Below, piece after piece: positions 9,841-20,452 of a stretch of DNA of 64,000 nt. The DNA comes from a virus (lineage: Duplodnaviria > Caudoviricetes). Numbering within the stretch: the stretch's first letter is position 1; each line of letters begins with the position of its first letter. Position numbers and translations under genes: made by a program. The stretch covers positions 32,001-96,000 of the IMG/VR virus record IMGVR_UViG_3300028833_000087, one strand, 5' to 3'. Under the pieces are notes generated by a model. That model worked only from the letters and a program-made list of their open reading frames with translations. It had not been told where the DNA came from and made no database searches.

Positions 9841-11034
9841 GTGATTATAATGGCTAATTATTCTCATAAAGTTGGTAATGTTTTATGTATTAATTTATAT
9901 AAAAAAGTATCTGAATCATTAGATAAAAATACAAATAATTTTATTGGTAATATATCTAAATTTATGAATAAAAATCATGAAAAAATTCATGATATAGCAC
10001 CATATGATAATATCTATTTTACTAAATATGATATAGATGATATGTTTAATTCTTTAAATTTATCTCAACAAGAAGTAGATACTATTATGAAAGATTGTTA
10101 TTTTTATAATGTACCTATTAATCCTGAATGTGTAAAAGAACCGTATGTAGAAGTATTAATTCAAGCTATAAGATATTTTGTAAAAACAAATCAATCTAAG
10201 AGAGCCGAATTGACAGCTATTTATTTAACATTTTCAGGTAAGTTTTATGCTTCTATATTCCAAAGTGCATTTCCTTCAGCTCCTCCTTCTAAATATAGAG
10301 CTATAATGGATTATGTAGTAAATAATATGCTTACAGATAAATTTGATCTTAAAAAAGAAGGAACTGTATTCGGTGCTATAAAATCTATGTGTGTTACTTG
10401 GCTTAATACTTATAATAAGTATTTTACAAGCAATACTTCAACTGATGAAGATATGAAAATGATTATTCAGCAGCTTAGAGATAGATTAAAATCATTTATT
10501 CATAATATAATGGAGCTTTATTATGAAGCATATAATAATAAAGCATATATGAATTATGAGACAGATTCTGTAGATCCAGATGATTTTCACTTAGCAGATA
10601 ATGATGCTGCAAAAGCTGCTAGATTAACAGAAAATGTAATGAATTATATGACTTCAAATAAAGTATCTTTGCAAATTTGCAATAAATGTAAAGATCAATA
10701 TGTAAAATCTACTGAAATTTGTGCTATAATGGAAGCTATACTAGGGGATAATAATAATCTTCCTAATGTAAGAAGAGCTGTTAATATTATTATCTGTGAT
10801 TATTTAAGAAAATATCCCGGAGGCTCTATTAAATCAGTAGACTTCGTATCTTATACAATTAAGGCAAAACCTAATAGTAAAGATGAATATCATATAGAAT
10901 TAAAGAAAATATTAAGTGATTTCTTAGATGCAAATTCAGTAGCATATAGGCGCAAATCTGAAGCAAGGAAAGCATCGTATTATAGATCAATACTTATGTA
11001 TTTTGCATTTGTAATTAATAAAGTTGCTAATTAA
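9841..11034 (+). CDS. hypothetical jumbo-phage protein
   Basis: 397-aa ORF; GGAGGTG RBS favours ATG 9850. Confidence 0.75.
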   Translation: MIIMANYSHKVGNVLCINLYKKVSESLDKNTNNFIGNISKFMNKNHEKIHDIAPYDNIYFTKYDIDDMFNSLNLSQQEVDTIMKDCYFYNVPINPECVKEPYVEVLIQAIRYFVKTNQSKRAELTAIYLTFSGKFYASIFQSAFPSAPPSKYRAIMDYVVNNMLTDKFDLKKEGTVFGAIKSMCVTWLNTYNKYFTSNTSTDEDMKMIIQQLRDRLKSFIHNIMELYYEAYNNKAYMNYETDSVDPDDFHLADNDAAKAARLTENVMNYMTSNKVSLQICNKCKDQYVKSTEICAIMEAILGDNNNLPNVRRAVNIIICDYLRKYPGGSIKSVDFVSYTIKAKPNSKDEYHIELKKILSDFLDANSVAYRRKSEARKASYYRSILMYFAFVINKVAN

Positions 11035-11054
11035 AAATAAAAGATCCCTGAGGT

Positions 11055-11912
11055 TTACACCTCAGGGATTAATAATTCTCTTGTATAGATATAATTATCT
11101 GATGTTATTATAAGTTTTTCTTTTACAATAGCTTTATCTATTAATTCGTTACGTGATATATCAAATTTATCTAAGAATAAGAAATATGTAGATTCTATAG
11201 ATACATCACCAATATAATTTGTTTCAGCTTTATACAATGCTCTATTTTCAGTATCATTATCCTTATATATTTCTTTTACAAGTCCATACTCATCATAATT
11301 AATAGTAAGCGTATATAATAATTTTTCTTTTTCATAAGCTTCAACAATTTTAGGCTGCTCTTTAAGGAAAATTATATCATCGCCACCATCTCTAAGATCA
11401 TGAAAATCATAATGTTTATTTTTTACAGTAAGAAACATTTTCTTTTCTAGAAAATAATCTGTACTAAATAAAATATTATTTTTTATTTTATGAATCTCTC
11501 TTATAGAATTATAATTAGTAACTCTATTAGGACCAGTAACATTATACACTGTAGCTATAAATTCTGAAGGATATCTTCGTTTATTTACAGTAAATTTATC
11601 TGTAAGTCTTATTTTATATTTTCCTTCAGATATACAATCAATAGTAGATATATCAGGAGTTCTAGCACTATCATAATTAGCAAGCCAGTCTATATCTTTA
11701 TTAAGATATTCTCTTCCTTTTGTTATTTTCCTAATCTGAGGACAAGTACCTCCTTTGATTTCTAATTCCCAGAAGTTAAATCCAGGTACATTATTATCAC
11801 ATTCTTTACCATCTGCTATCAATTCAAAAGCTTGATCTTTATATACAATTTCATCAGTATCCAGTTTTTTGTTTTTAATATAATTATACCTGTAAATAGT
11901 ATTTGTATTCAT
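11055..11912 (-). CDS. hypothetical protein
   Basis: 285-aa ORF with AGGAGG RBS and AACA-N6-TA motif upstream. Confidence 0.72.
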   Translation of the reverse strand: MNTNTIYRYNYIKNKKLDTDEIVYKDQAFELIADGKECDNNVPGFNFWELEIKGGTCPQIRKITKGREYLNKDIDWLANYDSARTPDISTIDCISEGKYKIRLTDKFTVNKRRYPSEFIATVYNVTGPNRVTNYNSIREIHKIKNNILFSTDYFLEKKMFLTVKNKHYDFHDLRDGGDDIIFLKEQPKIVEAYEKEKLLYTLTINYDEYGLVKEIYKDNDTENRALYKAETNYIGDVSIESTYFLFLDKFDISRNELIDKAIVKEKLIITSDNYIYTRELLIPEV

Positions 11913-11980
11913 ACTTTATCCTCCTTTAAATTAAAAATGTGTTAAAATACTGGTAGGAGTTAATCCTACCAGTATATAAA

Positions 11981-13408
11981 TTATAAATTATTCATTGACT
12001 TTCTATATTCAGTTGCAGCATTTGCAAATTTAGTAGCACCTGTTTTATCACCATTACGTCTTTTATTTTCCATATCATAAGTCATCTTTCCATAGCTTAC
12101 ACTAAGTTCATGATAAACTTTTTGCTCATCTTTCTTAGTAAGATGCTTAGATATAAGTGAACAGAAATCAGGAAGCGTTCCTTTTTGATAAAAGCTCTTC
12201 TTACTATTAATAGATTTCTTATACATTTTAGAAACTCCGATAGCATGCTTTGCTAATTCTTTCGAAAGCTTGTCTGTTTCTTTTATAGATGTATAATGCT
12301 CAATAAGTTTCTTTGCTCTATTAATTAAAGAAGCTTTAGATTCATAATCTACAGGTTTGATTTTAGCATCTTCAGGAACAGAAGCTTTCTTTAATAGAGT
12401 TTCTTTAATAATCTGAGCTTCCTTACTAGTCCAATTATCAAAAGATTCTCTATATTTATCTACAATGAAATCAGAACCAAGATTAATAATCTCTGTAGAG
12501 AATTTAATCATAGAATTACCACAAATCTTTTCAATCTGCTTTTGATTTACAAGATAAGCACCAACATATGTAGCAACCAATACACTTGCAAAACTGGTAA
12601 ATAATTCACTTGCATACATTGCAGAAGGAGTAAAAGCATAAGCCCACTTTGATACAAATACTTCTGTAGTTAATCCTTTGAGCTTAAAGTTTTCAGCAAT
12701 AGCAGTTACAAAATTATCTATATCATTAAAGTTTTCTTCTTTATAATACAGATCATATGCATTGATATTACCAACAGGAACTCCTGCAATTTTAGCTGCT
12801 ACATTCTTACTATATTGATCAAGCTCTTTACCCATGATATTTTTCATATAGTATAATACTGATAAATATGCAATCTTAGTTTTGTTCTGTTCATAGCCAA
12901 CAATGCGCATATAATCAATAATATAACTAAACATTGCTGAAAAACATTCTGCACCACTAATGGTAATATTAGAATTATTAAGCAATCTTGTAGTATCAAA
13001 TTCGTATAAATAATAACAAAGAGCCTGGAATAAATAAGTAATTAAATATTGAGGGTTTTTACATACATAAAATCCGTCTTTAAGATTTAATATTCCAGTA
13101 AGGTCAATAAATACTTTACGTCTAGCATTTTGACCTTCTCTTAAATCTTTAGCCATAAATACTTTAAATGCTCTAGGCATTTCTTTATTATTAACGCATA
13201 ATACTACATCATCTTTCATCATGAGAGAATATAATACATTAGATCTCTGTAATCTTTTAATTTCTTCTGCAACTCCATTAAATTCAGAAGATCTTTTATC
13301 TTCAATACGATCTGCTTGAATAATAAACTGAGATAATAATTGATTGTGTTTCTTTTGTTCAAGATTATATAAATAACTATCATTATATGATTTTTTAGCG
13401 ATTTGCAT
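11981..13408 (-). CDS. hypothetical protein, possibly virion-associated
   Basis: 475-aa ORF with AAGGAGG RBS and AACA-N6-TA late-type motif. Confidence 0.72.
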   Translation of the reverse strand: MQIAKKSYNDSYLYNLEQKKHNQLLSQFIIQADRIEDKRSSEFNGVAEEIKRLQRSNVLYSLMMKDDVVLCVNNKEMPRAFKVFMAKDLREGQNARRKVFIDLTGILNLKDGFYVCKNPQYLITYLFQALCYYLYEFDTTRLLNNSNITISGAECFSAMFSYIIDYMRIVGYEQNKTKIAYLSVLYYMKNIMGKELDQYSKNVAAKIAGVPVGNINAYDLYYKEENFNDIDNFVTAIAENFKLKGLTTEVFVSKWAYAFTPSAMYASELFTSFASVLVATYVGAYLVNQKQIEKICGNSMIKFSTEIINLGSDFIVDKYRESFDNWTSKEAQIIKETLLKKASVPEDAKIKPVDYESKASLINRAKKLIEHYTSIKETDKLSKELAKHAIGVSKMYKKSINSKKSFYQKGTLPDFCSLISKHLTKKDEQKVYHELSVSYGKMTYDMENKRRNGDKTGATKFANAATEYRKSMNNL

Positions 13409-13515
13409 GACAGGAACCTCCTTATACAGTCAATATTAATACGATGTTCCGCTGTGCACAATTACTATATATAATTATATTTGACATCATTATAATCTAT
13501 AAAGGAGGTTATAAT

Positions 13516-14283
13516 ATGACTGATTTGGAATTAACAAAAATAAAATTCTTTATATTAGGTTATACACAAAATGTAATTAAGAATTTCTTTCCTGATATTA
13601 TTGATTGTGAGGAAATTGATAAGCATCATTTGCCAAAGAAAGATCCATATTTTAGATTACAATGGTGGTTTTATGAAGAATACAATAAAATTTATATTCA
13701 TTTCGAAGTAATGAATAAAGGTAATATTGGACCTGATTGGGACCCTGATCCGGAACATGATTATATAGGTTTATATCAAGAAATAAATAGAATAATACTT
13801 AGAGATTTTTATAATGATTTAAAAATATGGCCAGAAATTATAGGTCCTTCTATAAATCATTATTTGTATACTACAGAAGGGGATGCTCCGTTTGTAGATG
13901 AGTCTATGAGAATAACAGCTAATACATTTACTTGGTGGCCTATTTTTGATGATGAATCATTTTATTTTATAAATGATCAGCAAGTAAATATTCATGCATT
14001 TGCACCTTTTGTTACTGGAGCTGAAATAGATAATGCTTTTGGCAGAAGACGAGTTGAAGAATTATTAGAACTGTCTAATAGATATTATGATATTTGGAAA
14101 ACTGATCCTGAAGAATATATTAGAGTTTTTCCTGATTATTTTGAAGAATATCGCACTATGTATAATAATGATTTTCATTGCACTTTATTTAATATGGATG
14201 AATATGAAAGTAATCATGAAAATTCCGGTATTCATTATGAGTATCTCAGTATGGAATTTCCAAAACCTCCTCCTAAACCATAA
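13516..14283 (+). CDS. hypothetical protein
   Basis: Start moved from 13444 to ATG 13516, which follows AAAGGAGG. Confidence 0.7.
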   Translation: MTDLELTKIKFFILGYTQNVIKNFFPDIIDCEEIDKHHLPKKDPYFRLQWWFYEEYNKIYIHFEVMNKGNIGPDWDPDPEHDYIGLYQEINRIILRDFYNDLKIWPEIIGPSINHYLYTTEGDAPFVDESMRITANTFTWWPIFDDESFYFINDQQVNIHAFAPFVTGAEIDNAFGRRRVEELLELSNRYYDIWKTDPEEYIRVFPDYFEEYRTMYNNDFHCTLFNMDEYESNHENSGIHYEYLSMEFPKPPPKP

Positions 14284-14403
14284 TATTTTTATTGATTATA
14301 CGAACAAGGTCTGCTAGGAAACTAGCAGACCTATTATATATTAATTTACAACAATATAAACTTTTTAATAACTAGTGAAATTAAATAAATTGAGGAGGTA
14401 ACA

Positions 14404-15285
14404 ATGAATCATAAAGCGATTATAGAGAAAGATAATACTATTATCAATTTATCTAATACAGATAATTTTCCTTGTATAAAAAGTACAGCTTTGGAAGATT
14501 GCTATACTCTTAAAAATATATCAGAAAATCAAAGAGATAAAAGATTTAGTTATTATGATTTTTATGGTGTACCTGTTCCAAGAGTATCAGAAATATTAGA
14601 ATATTGTTCTGATCAATCTAGTATTATTAAATGGGCGGCAAACTGTGGATATAAATATAATAAAATAAAAGATGATGCATTAAATATTGGTACTATGGTT
14701 CACGAAGCTATAGAAAAATATTTAAACAGAGAATTAGATATCGGAGAATTAGATACAGAATTTGGAAATAATAAATTATCACAGCAAGCAAAAACAGCAT
14801 TTAAAAATTTTATATCTTGGCAAAGATCTTTGGAATTTGCTGGATTTTATTTTGAGCATATATATGCTATAGAAGAAGTAATGTCTTGTCCTTATTTTGG
14901 TGGAACATGTGATGCTATTGTAAGAATTAATGGAGCTGATTATGTAATAGATTTTAAAACTTCTAAGCAAATTAATACAAATTATCTTGTTCAATTATCT
15001 GCATATTATTGGTTAATAAATAATGGATATTGCAAAGTTATTAATCATGTAGATGGTGTAGGTGTTATTAGAGTAGATAAAAACTCCAATAATACATATG
15101 AAGATTTCTTTTTAAATGCTCATATTCCTTGGCAAAATGAATCATTAAATGTGTATATAGAAACATTTGGAGCATTCTGTAATGCTTACTACCATGGTAT
15201 AAATTCTATGGTAGAATATAATAGCACCAAACGATCTGTAGCTAAAACTGTCTATAATACTTTAAGAGGTGAGGACGTATGGTAA
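14404..15285 (+). CDS. PD-(D/E)XK exonuclease (lambda-exo/Cas4-like superfamily)
   Basis: PRVSEIL, GTMVHEAIE, GGTCDAI, VIDFKTS, QLSAY. Confidence 0.88.
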   Translation: MNHKAIIEKDNTIINLSNTDNFPCIKSTALEDCYTLKNISENQRDKRFSYYDFYGVPVPRVSEILEYCSDQSSIIKWAANCGYKYNKIKDDALNIGTMVHEAIEKYLNRELDIGELDTEFGNNKLSQQAKTAFKNFISWQRSLEFAGFYFEHIYAIEEVMSCPYFGGTCDAIVRINGADYVIDFKTSKQINTNYLVQLSAYYWLINNGYCKVINHVDGVGVIRVDKNSNNTYEDFFLNAHIPWQNESLNVYIETFGAFCNAYYHGINSMVEYNSTKRSVAKTVYNTLRGEDVW

Positions 15286-15839
15286 TGATAGATTTGGACA
15301 AGAATAGAATTATAGGTGACTTTTTAGAAATAAATGCTGAAATATCATATAATGAATCTACAGCTAAAGGATTCTTTAAAAAGTTATTTATAAAAAGAAA
15401 GAGTAAGAAATATAGAAAAAGATTGATAGAGTTATTGCAAGATTTTGTTAATTCTGATTATATTCTTACTAGAGATAATTTATATGAGGCTTTTGTATAT
15501 TTTTATGATAGTAAAGATATTTATACTCCTAAATATCTTAAAGTATATAAGCCTGATAATAAAGATGATGATATGTCGTCACGTATAGAAGGATTAATAA
15601 ATTATAAACATACATTATGTCTTATTCATTTAGATTCGGACAGAAACGATTTTGATTTAAATGTAAAATACAATGATCCTATTGGAGAAATGTCTAAAAT
15701 TGCTGTTACGAGATCTGAATTGAAGAATGATTTTATTCTTAGCATGGAAGTAGCAGCTATAAATAAATATCTTAAAGCGGAAATAGCAGATTTCATAATG
15801 TCTCAAATGGAACCATTCATGAAGGGAGAAACAAAATGA
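15279..15839 (+). CDS. hypothetical protein
   Basis: 186-aa ORF in replication operon. Confidence 0.68.
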   Translation: MVMIDLDKNRIIGDFLEINAEISYNESTAKGFFKKLFIKRKSKKYRKRLIELLQDFVNSDYILTRDNLYEAFVYFYDSKDIYTPKYLKVYKPDNKDDDMSSRIEGLINYKHTLCLIHLDSDRNDFDLNVKYNDPIGEMSKIAVTRSELKNDFILSMEVAAINKYLKAEIADFIMSQMEPFMKGETK

Positions 15840-16657
15840 ATGATAAAAAATTCTATTTACCGATGCTAGATGATGACTATGTAAATTATAAACCTAGTGC
15901 TAAATTGATTAATGCCTATATTAATACAATTGAATTGTCTGAATATATTAAAAGAAAGCAAAAAACTGATATTATATCTTTTGAAGATGGAGAAGATTAT
16001 GTTATTGATGAATTCTTCTCTAATAAGCTTTCTAAAGTATTAGAAGTATATGATCAATATCAGAATTTGTTTAGTAATCCGGAATTTGATTCTCAAAATA
16101 TAAATGATTATTTTGGAAATTATTTTACTGCGATAGAAAAATTTATAGATCTTGTGATATTTATAAATGATACAACTTATCATGATAGTAAAATGGAATT
16201 TGTAAGGTATAATGAATCTAAGAAAGCTTTATTATTTGATCATTATGTAATAGAATTTGAATCTACAGCTATAAATTTAGATTATGATTCTCTTTTAGAT
16301 GCATTGGACAATAAGCCGAATTTAAAGTTAGTAAAAATCAGGAATAAAACCACAGAGCTATTTAACTTCATACAGGGATATGAACCTGAATTTAATGATA
16401 TGGAATCTGTGATTTTATTTAAAAATATTATGAGAGCTACTTGTATTGAAATTGCATGCAAGCTTGAAGAGATTTTTATGTCAGCTTTAGATTTTGCCAT
16501 TATTGGTTTAGATATTGATGAAATATTTAAAACTTTATTCATAAATAAAGGAGAATTATATATCTATGATGAAGAATCAGCAATGCAAAGACAGAATAAT
16601 ATCAATACACCTGTCAGACGTCCATTTTGGCGCTTTCGATCCAAAAATTCAGTATAA
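15836..16657 (+). CDS. hypothetical protein
   Basis: 273-aa ORF in replication operon. Confidence 0.68.
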   Translation: MNDKKFYLPMLDDDYVNYKPSAKLINAYINTIELSEYIKRKQKTDIISFEDGEDYVIDEFFSNKLSKVLEVYDQYQNLFSNPEFDSQNINDYFGNYFTAIEKFIDLVIFINDTTYHDSKMEFVRYNESKKALLFDHYVIEFESTAINLDYDSLLDALDNKPNLKLVKIRNKTTELFNFIQGYEPEFNDMESVILFKNIMRATCIEIACKLEEIFMSALDFAIIGLDIDEIFKTLFINKGELYIYDEESAMQRQNNINTPVRRPFWRFRSKNSV

Positions 16658-17681
16658 TATATTATCAGAACAATTTATAACAAAATTATATTGTCTTCCG
16701 TCTATAGATATTGTCTCTATAGACGGAGATTTATTTGATAAAAAATATATGGGTAATTCTGAACCAGTATTATATGCAAATAAGTTTATAGACGATATAG
16801 TTCAGATAGCCAGAATAAAAGGATTCTCTATAATATGTCTTAAAGGAACTCCAAGTCATGACGATAATATGCTTCAATTATATTATCATTATATGGAAGA
16901 TCCGTCTATAGATTTTAGAGTTGTAGAATCTATTCAATTTATAGAAGTAAAAGGAATAAGAATATTATGCATTCCGGAATTACATTCTTTAGATGAAGAG
17001 ATCTACAAACAAGTATTCTTTAATTCTGGTTGGTATGATGAAGCATATATTCATGGTACATTTAAAGGAGCTTCTATTGCTAGACCTACAGAAAGAGTAT
17101 TAGAACCGAAAGATTTTATGTATCTTACAGGTCCAGCTATAGCAGGTCATGTACATAATGGTGGATGCTTTAATGGTTTCTTTTATTATAATGGATGCCC
17201 ATATAGATGGAAATTCGGTGAAGAAGAAGACAAAGGTTTTCTTATAGTAACTCACGATATAAATTCAGGCTTATATTGGACTCAATTTGAAAAGATTGAA
17301 TCTTTTAGATATATTACTATATATCTTGATGAATTAGTAAGTACTGATCCTAAAATTATTATTGAGAATATTAATAGAATAAAAGAAGAGCAAGCTATTG
17401 ATTTTATCAAGATAAGATTTAGGTGTAAGGTGGATGGTGGAAATAAAACTATATTAAATAATTATTATAGAAATAATCCTACCACTAAAATAGAGTATTT
17501 AGACGTAGAAGAAGCTGAAGAACAGAGAAAAGCAGAATTACAAGAAAAGGAAGAGCAATATTCTTATCTTACAGATAACTCGATTTCTGATCTTGAGAAA
17601 CTTGTACGATATATCAATACTTCAGAAGGATCTGAATTTATAACAGTACAAAAAATAACAGAATTACTAAATGAGTTGTAG
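16566..17681 (+). CDS. SbcD/Mre11-like metallophosphoesterase nuclease
   Basis: SDVHFG, DGDLFD, KGTPSHD, HGT, GHVH, YNG motifs. Confidence 0.9.
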   Translation: MMKNQQCKDRIISIHLSDVHFGAFDPKIQYNILSEQFITKLYCLPSIDIVSIDGDLFDKKYMGNSEPVLYANKFIDDIVQIARIKGFSIICLKGTPSHDDNMLQLYYHYMEDPSIDFRVVESIQFIEVKGIRILCIPELHSLDEEIYKQVFFNSGWYDEAYIHGTFKGASIARPTERVLEPKDFMYLTGPAIAGHVHNGGCFNGFFYYNGCPYRWKFGEEEDKGFLIVTHDINSGLYWTQFEKIESFRYITIYLDELVSTDPKIIIENINRIKEEQAIDFIKIRFRCKVDGGNKTILNNYYRNNPTTKIEYLDVEEAEEQRKAELQEKEEQYSYLTDNSISDLEKLVRYINTSEGSEFITVQKITELLNEL

Positions 17682-17732
17682 GTTATAAATGGTTCAAAAA
17701 CTTTAATTTAATCTCAAATTAAAGGAGAAAAA

Positions 17733-19526
17733 TTGATGGTTATTCAGAGGAAACAATCTAAATCTATAAATCCTAAGAAGAAACCTATATCTTTAAATTT
17801 AGATCTTTCAACTCTTGACATTCTTTGCAGATATATTTTACAATCTCATGTATTTGTAAAAGTGGAGCATCTGGTTAATCTTAGAAATTTATTAATCAGT
17901 ATAGATCCGAAAACTTATGAGAATGAGCAAGAGAAATTTAAAAGATTTAATTTTCTTTTTAAGGGTTTAGAAGCTAGAATAGAAGAGAAACTGGAAGATA
18001 GAGATATAGTATTAAACTATATCAATGGTGGATTAACATATAAACTTGATTTTATCGATTATAATAGATTAACTTTATCTCAGCAAGAAATATTTCATAT
18101 ACATAAATTGGTTGCTGATATATTAAAATTCAAGTTTATGTATATTGATGCAGATGAATATCTTGATATATTAACAAGATTTAAAACTTGTGATTTTGAG
18201 AATAGAGGAAATATAATTAATGAGTTTGAAAATCTTATTGATAGAACCAAGAATAATTTCAGAAATGCCAGAATAGAAGATAATGCAATAAATATGACAT
18301 TTAGTTTAAGAGATGGAATATTTGAAAATTGTATTACAAATGCTTATAATATCCTTACAGATTCTAACAGAAGACTTATAACAGGTATGCAAGGATTTAA
18401 TGAGATAGTTGGTGGTGGATTAGAAGATGAGCGAGTATATATGTTATCCGGTACAGCTGGAACAGGTAAATCATTTGCTCTACTCAATATAATATATCAA
18501 ATAAAGAAATATAATCCATATTACAAAACCAAAGATCCAACGAAAAAACCTTGTATTACATTATTGACTATGGAGAATACAGTTGTAGAAACAATTGCTC
18601 GACTGTTTGCTATTATAAATGATCATGGCGGTGGTAAAATGGCTAACTATTCGTTAGAGGATGTATTAAGAATCATGAGAGAAGAGGGCCAATTATATCT
18701 CAACGATAGTTCTCCAATTGATATAGTCATAAAATATAAACCAAATAAGTCTGTAGATACAAGTTATTTATATACTTTATATGATGATTTATCAGATGAA
18801 GGATATGAAATGATATTGTTAGCTCAAGATCATATTAAGAGAATCAGATCTATTTATAATGGAAATGAACTTAGAATTGAGCTTGGTGATATCATGAATG
18901 AATTTAAAACCTTTGCTATAGATAAGTCTATACCTGTTATGACAGTAACTCATCTTAACAGAGAGGCGACTAGAGTTCTTGAAGAAGCTGCTAAGAAGGG
19001 AAATCAGGATACAGGTAGATTGGTTGGAGGATATAATATCGGTGAATCTATGCTTTTGATCGATAATGTTGATTGTAATATAAATATTACTAAAGACCAT
19101 GATACAGATGGTAATATGTATATGTGTTTCAATTCAACGAAGATGAGAGATGATAGCATGAAGAGTTATATTTGTCAACCATTTGCCGTTGGTTCTAAGA
19201 TAAGATTACTTGAAGATATTGGTGGACCTCCACAGTATAAAGAATCTATACATATTGCTCCTGAAATGAAGAGACATCCTGGAATAGTAAATTCACCTGG
19301 AATGTCAATGTTTGAGTTCAATAATGTATTGGATTCTTCTGATAAAAAAGAGGATAATCCATTCGACAAGGATTCTTACGCATTGAATTCAAGCTCAGAA
19401 ATACAAGATAATTTAGATGATATCAGAAATGTTCTAGGATTAGAAAATTCCAATGATGATATTATCTGTCCTGTAAGATTTATAGATGAATCTATAGAAA
19501 GCTTTAAATTACCCTCTAGGCAGTAA
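17733..19526 (+). CDS. DnaB-like replicative helicase
   Basis: TGMQGFNEIVGGG, Walker A GTAGTGKS, TMEN, QDHI, THLNR. Confidence 0.88.
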   Translation: MMVIQRKQSKSINPKKKPISLNLDLSTLDILCRYILQSHVFVKVEHLVNLRNLLISIDPKTYENEQEKFKRFNFLFKGLEARIEEKLEDRDIVLNYINGGLTYKLDFIDYNRLTLSQQEIFHIHKLVADILKFKFMYIDADEYLDILTRFKTCDFENRGNIINEFENLIDRTKNNFRNARIEDNAINMTFSLRDGIFENCITNAYNILTDSNRRLITGMQGFNEIVGGGLEDERVYMLSGTAGTGKSFALLNIIYQIKKYNPYYKTKDPTKKPCITLLTMENTVVETIARLFAIINDHGGGKMANYSLEDVLRIMREEGQLYLNDSSPIDIVIKYKPNKSVDTSYLYTLYDDLSDEGYEMILLAQDHIKRIRSIYNGNELRIELGDIMNEFKTFAIDKSIPVMTVTHLNREATRVLEEAAKKGNQDTGRLVGGYNIGESMLLIDNVDCNINITKDHDTDGNMYMCFNSTKMRDDSMKSYICQPFAVGSKIRLLEDIGGPPQYKESIHIAPEMKRHPGIVNSPGMSMFEFNNVLDSSDKKEDNPFDKDSYALNSSSEIQDNLDDIRNVLGLENSNDDIICPVRFIDESIESFKLPSRQ

Positions 19527-19544
19527 TGCCTAGAGGGATTTTTC

Positions 19545-20438
19545 TTAATAATAAATTCTGTAAATAAATCTTAAGCCAGAAGTTAAGCTTTGAAGCAATC
19601 TGTAGCTAAAGTTAAGTTTAGTATAAGGGGTAATATTAAAGTACCACTTATAACCTGTAACTTCGTCAGTTCTACTATAAGCATGAACCAAACTAATACT
19701 ACTTACTCTAGCTTTAGGCCATGTAAGAATTTGCTCAAAATAGTCTTTAAAATCATCTTTATTAATTACTAACTGAGTTTCAATATAAACTTCACAAGCT
19801 TGCGTTGTAGCCACTCTATAAATATTTTCACCTACAACCTGGGTTCCATCTGCATATTGTACATGTAACTGAGGCTGAGTAGAAAATTTCTTAAAGTAAT
19901 AAGCTACTTTATTCTTATAAGCATCAGGAACTCCTGTATCAGGATACTGCTTTCTACCAAAATAATACTGTCTTAAATCTGGAGAAATATCATGAGTTGC
20001 ATCTACAAATTTAAACGGGAAAATCTTATCTGATGCTATATTTTCAAGATCAGCATCTGTAGAAGGTTTAATCCTGTCAATAAAATTAGCTACATAAATA
20101 TCGTCCGGATCATTACCACAACCAGAATCATCGCAACAAAACAGACATACAATATCATCTATCTTTTCTCCCGGAGTAGGACCAACACCAATATCAAGAT
20201 CCATTTCTTCATTATATGTAGGAGTATGAATAGGAGAATCAACACCAAAAAGCTTTAATGCATTATGCATTGCTCCTGTAACTACTACACGATTAGAAAC
20301 TGTTTCTTTTAAAACATCATCTTCGTAGATATCGATTTCTGTCCTTGTAGGACCTCCTTTGAGTCTTTCTAACAAAGGTACCTCTTTAAGGTATTCTTTA
20401 ATCTCAGATCCATCTGATAATACTATACCATCTAACAT
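19545..20438 (-). CDS. probable virion structural protein
   Basis: 297 aa, co-oriented with and directly behind the 1180-aa acidic gene; function inferred from context only. Confidence 0.55.
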   Translation of the reverse strand: MLDGIVLSDGSEIKEYLKEVPLLERLKGGPTRTEIDIYEDDVLKETVSNRVVVTGAMHNALKLFGVDSPIHTPTYNEEMDLDIGVGPTPGEKIDDIVCLFCCDDSGCGNDPDDIYVANFIDRIKPSTDADLENIASDKIFPFKFVDATHDISPDLRQYYFGRKQYPDTGVPDAYKNKVAYYFKKFSTQPQLHVQYADGTQVVGENIYRVATTQACEVYIETQLVINKDDFKDYFEQILTWPKARVSSISLVHAYSRTDEVTGYKWYFNITPYTKLNFSYRLLQSLTSGLRFIYRIYY

Positions 20439-20452
20439 TTTATTTTCCTCCT

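Noticed and set aside
14404-15285. Cas4 of a CRISPR adaptation module
   Set aside because: No C-terminal Cys cluster for an Fe-S centre, no cas1/cas2, and it sits in a replication operon with SbcD and DnaB
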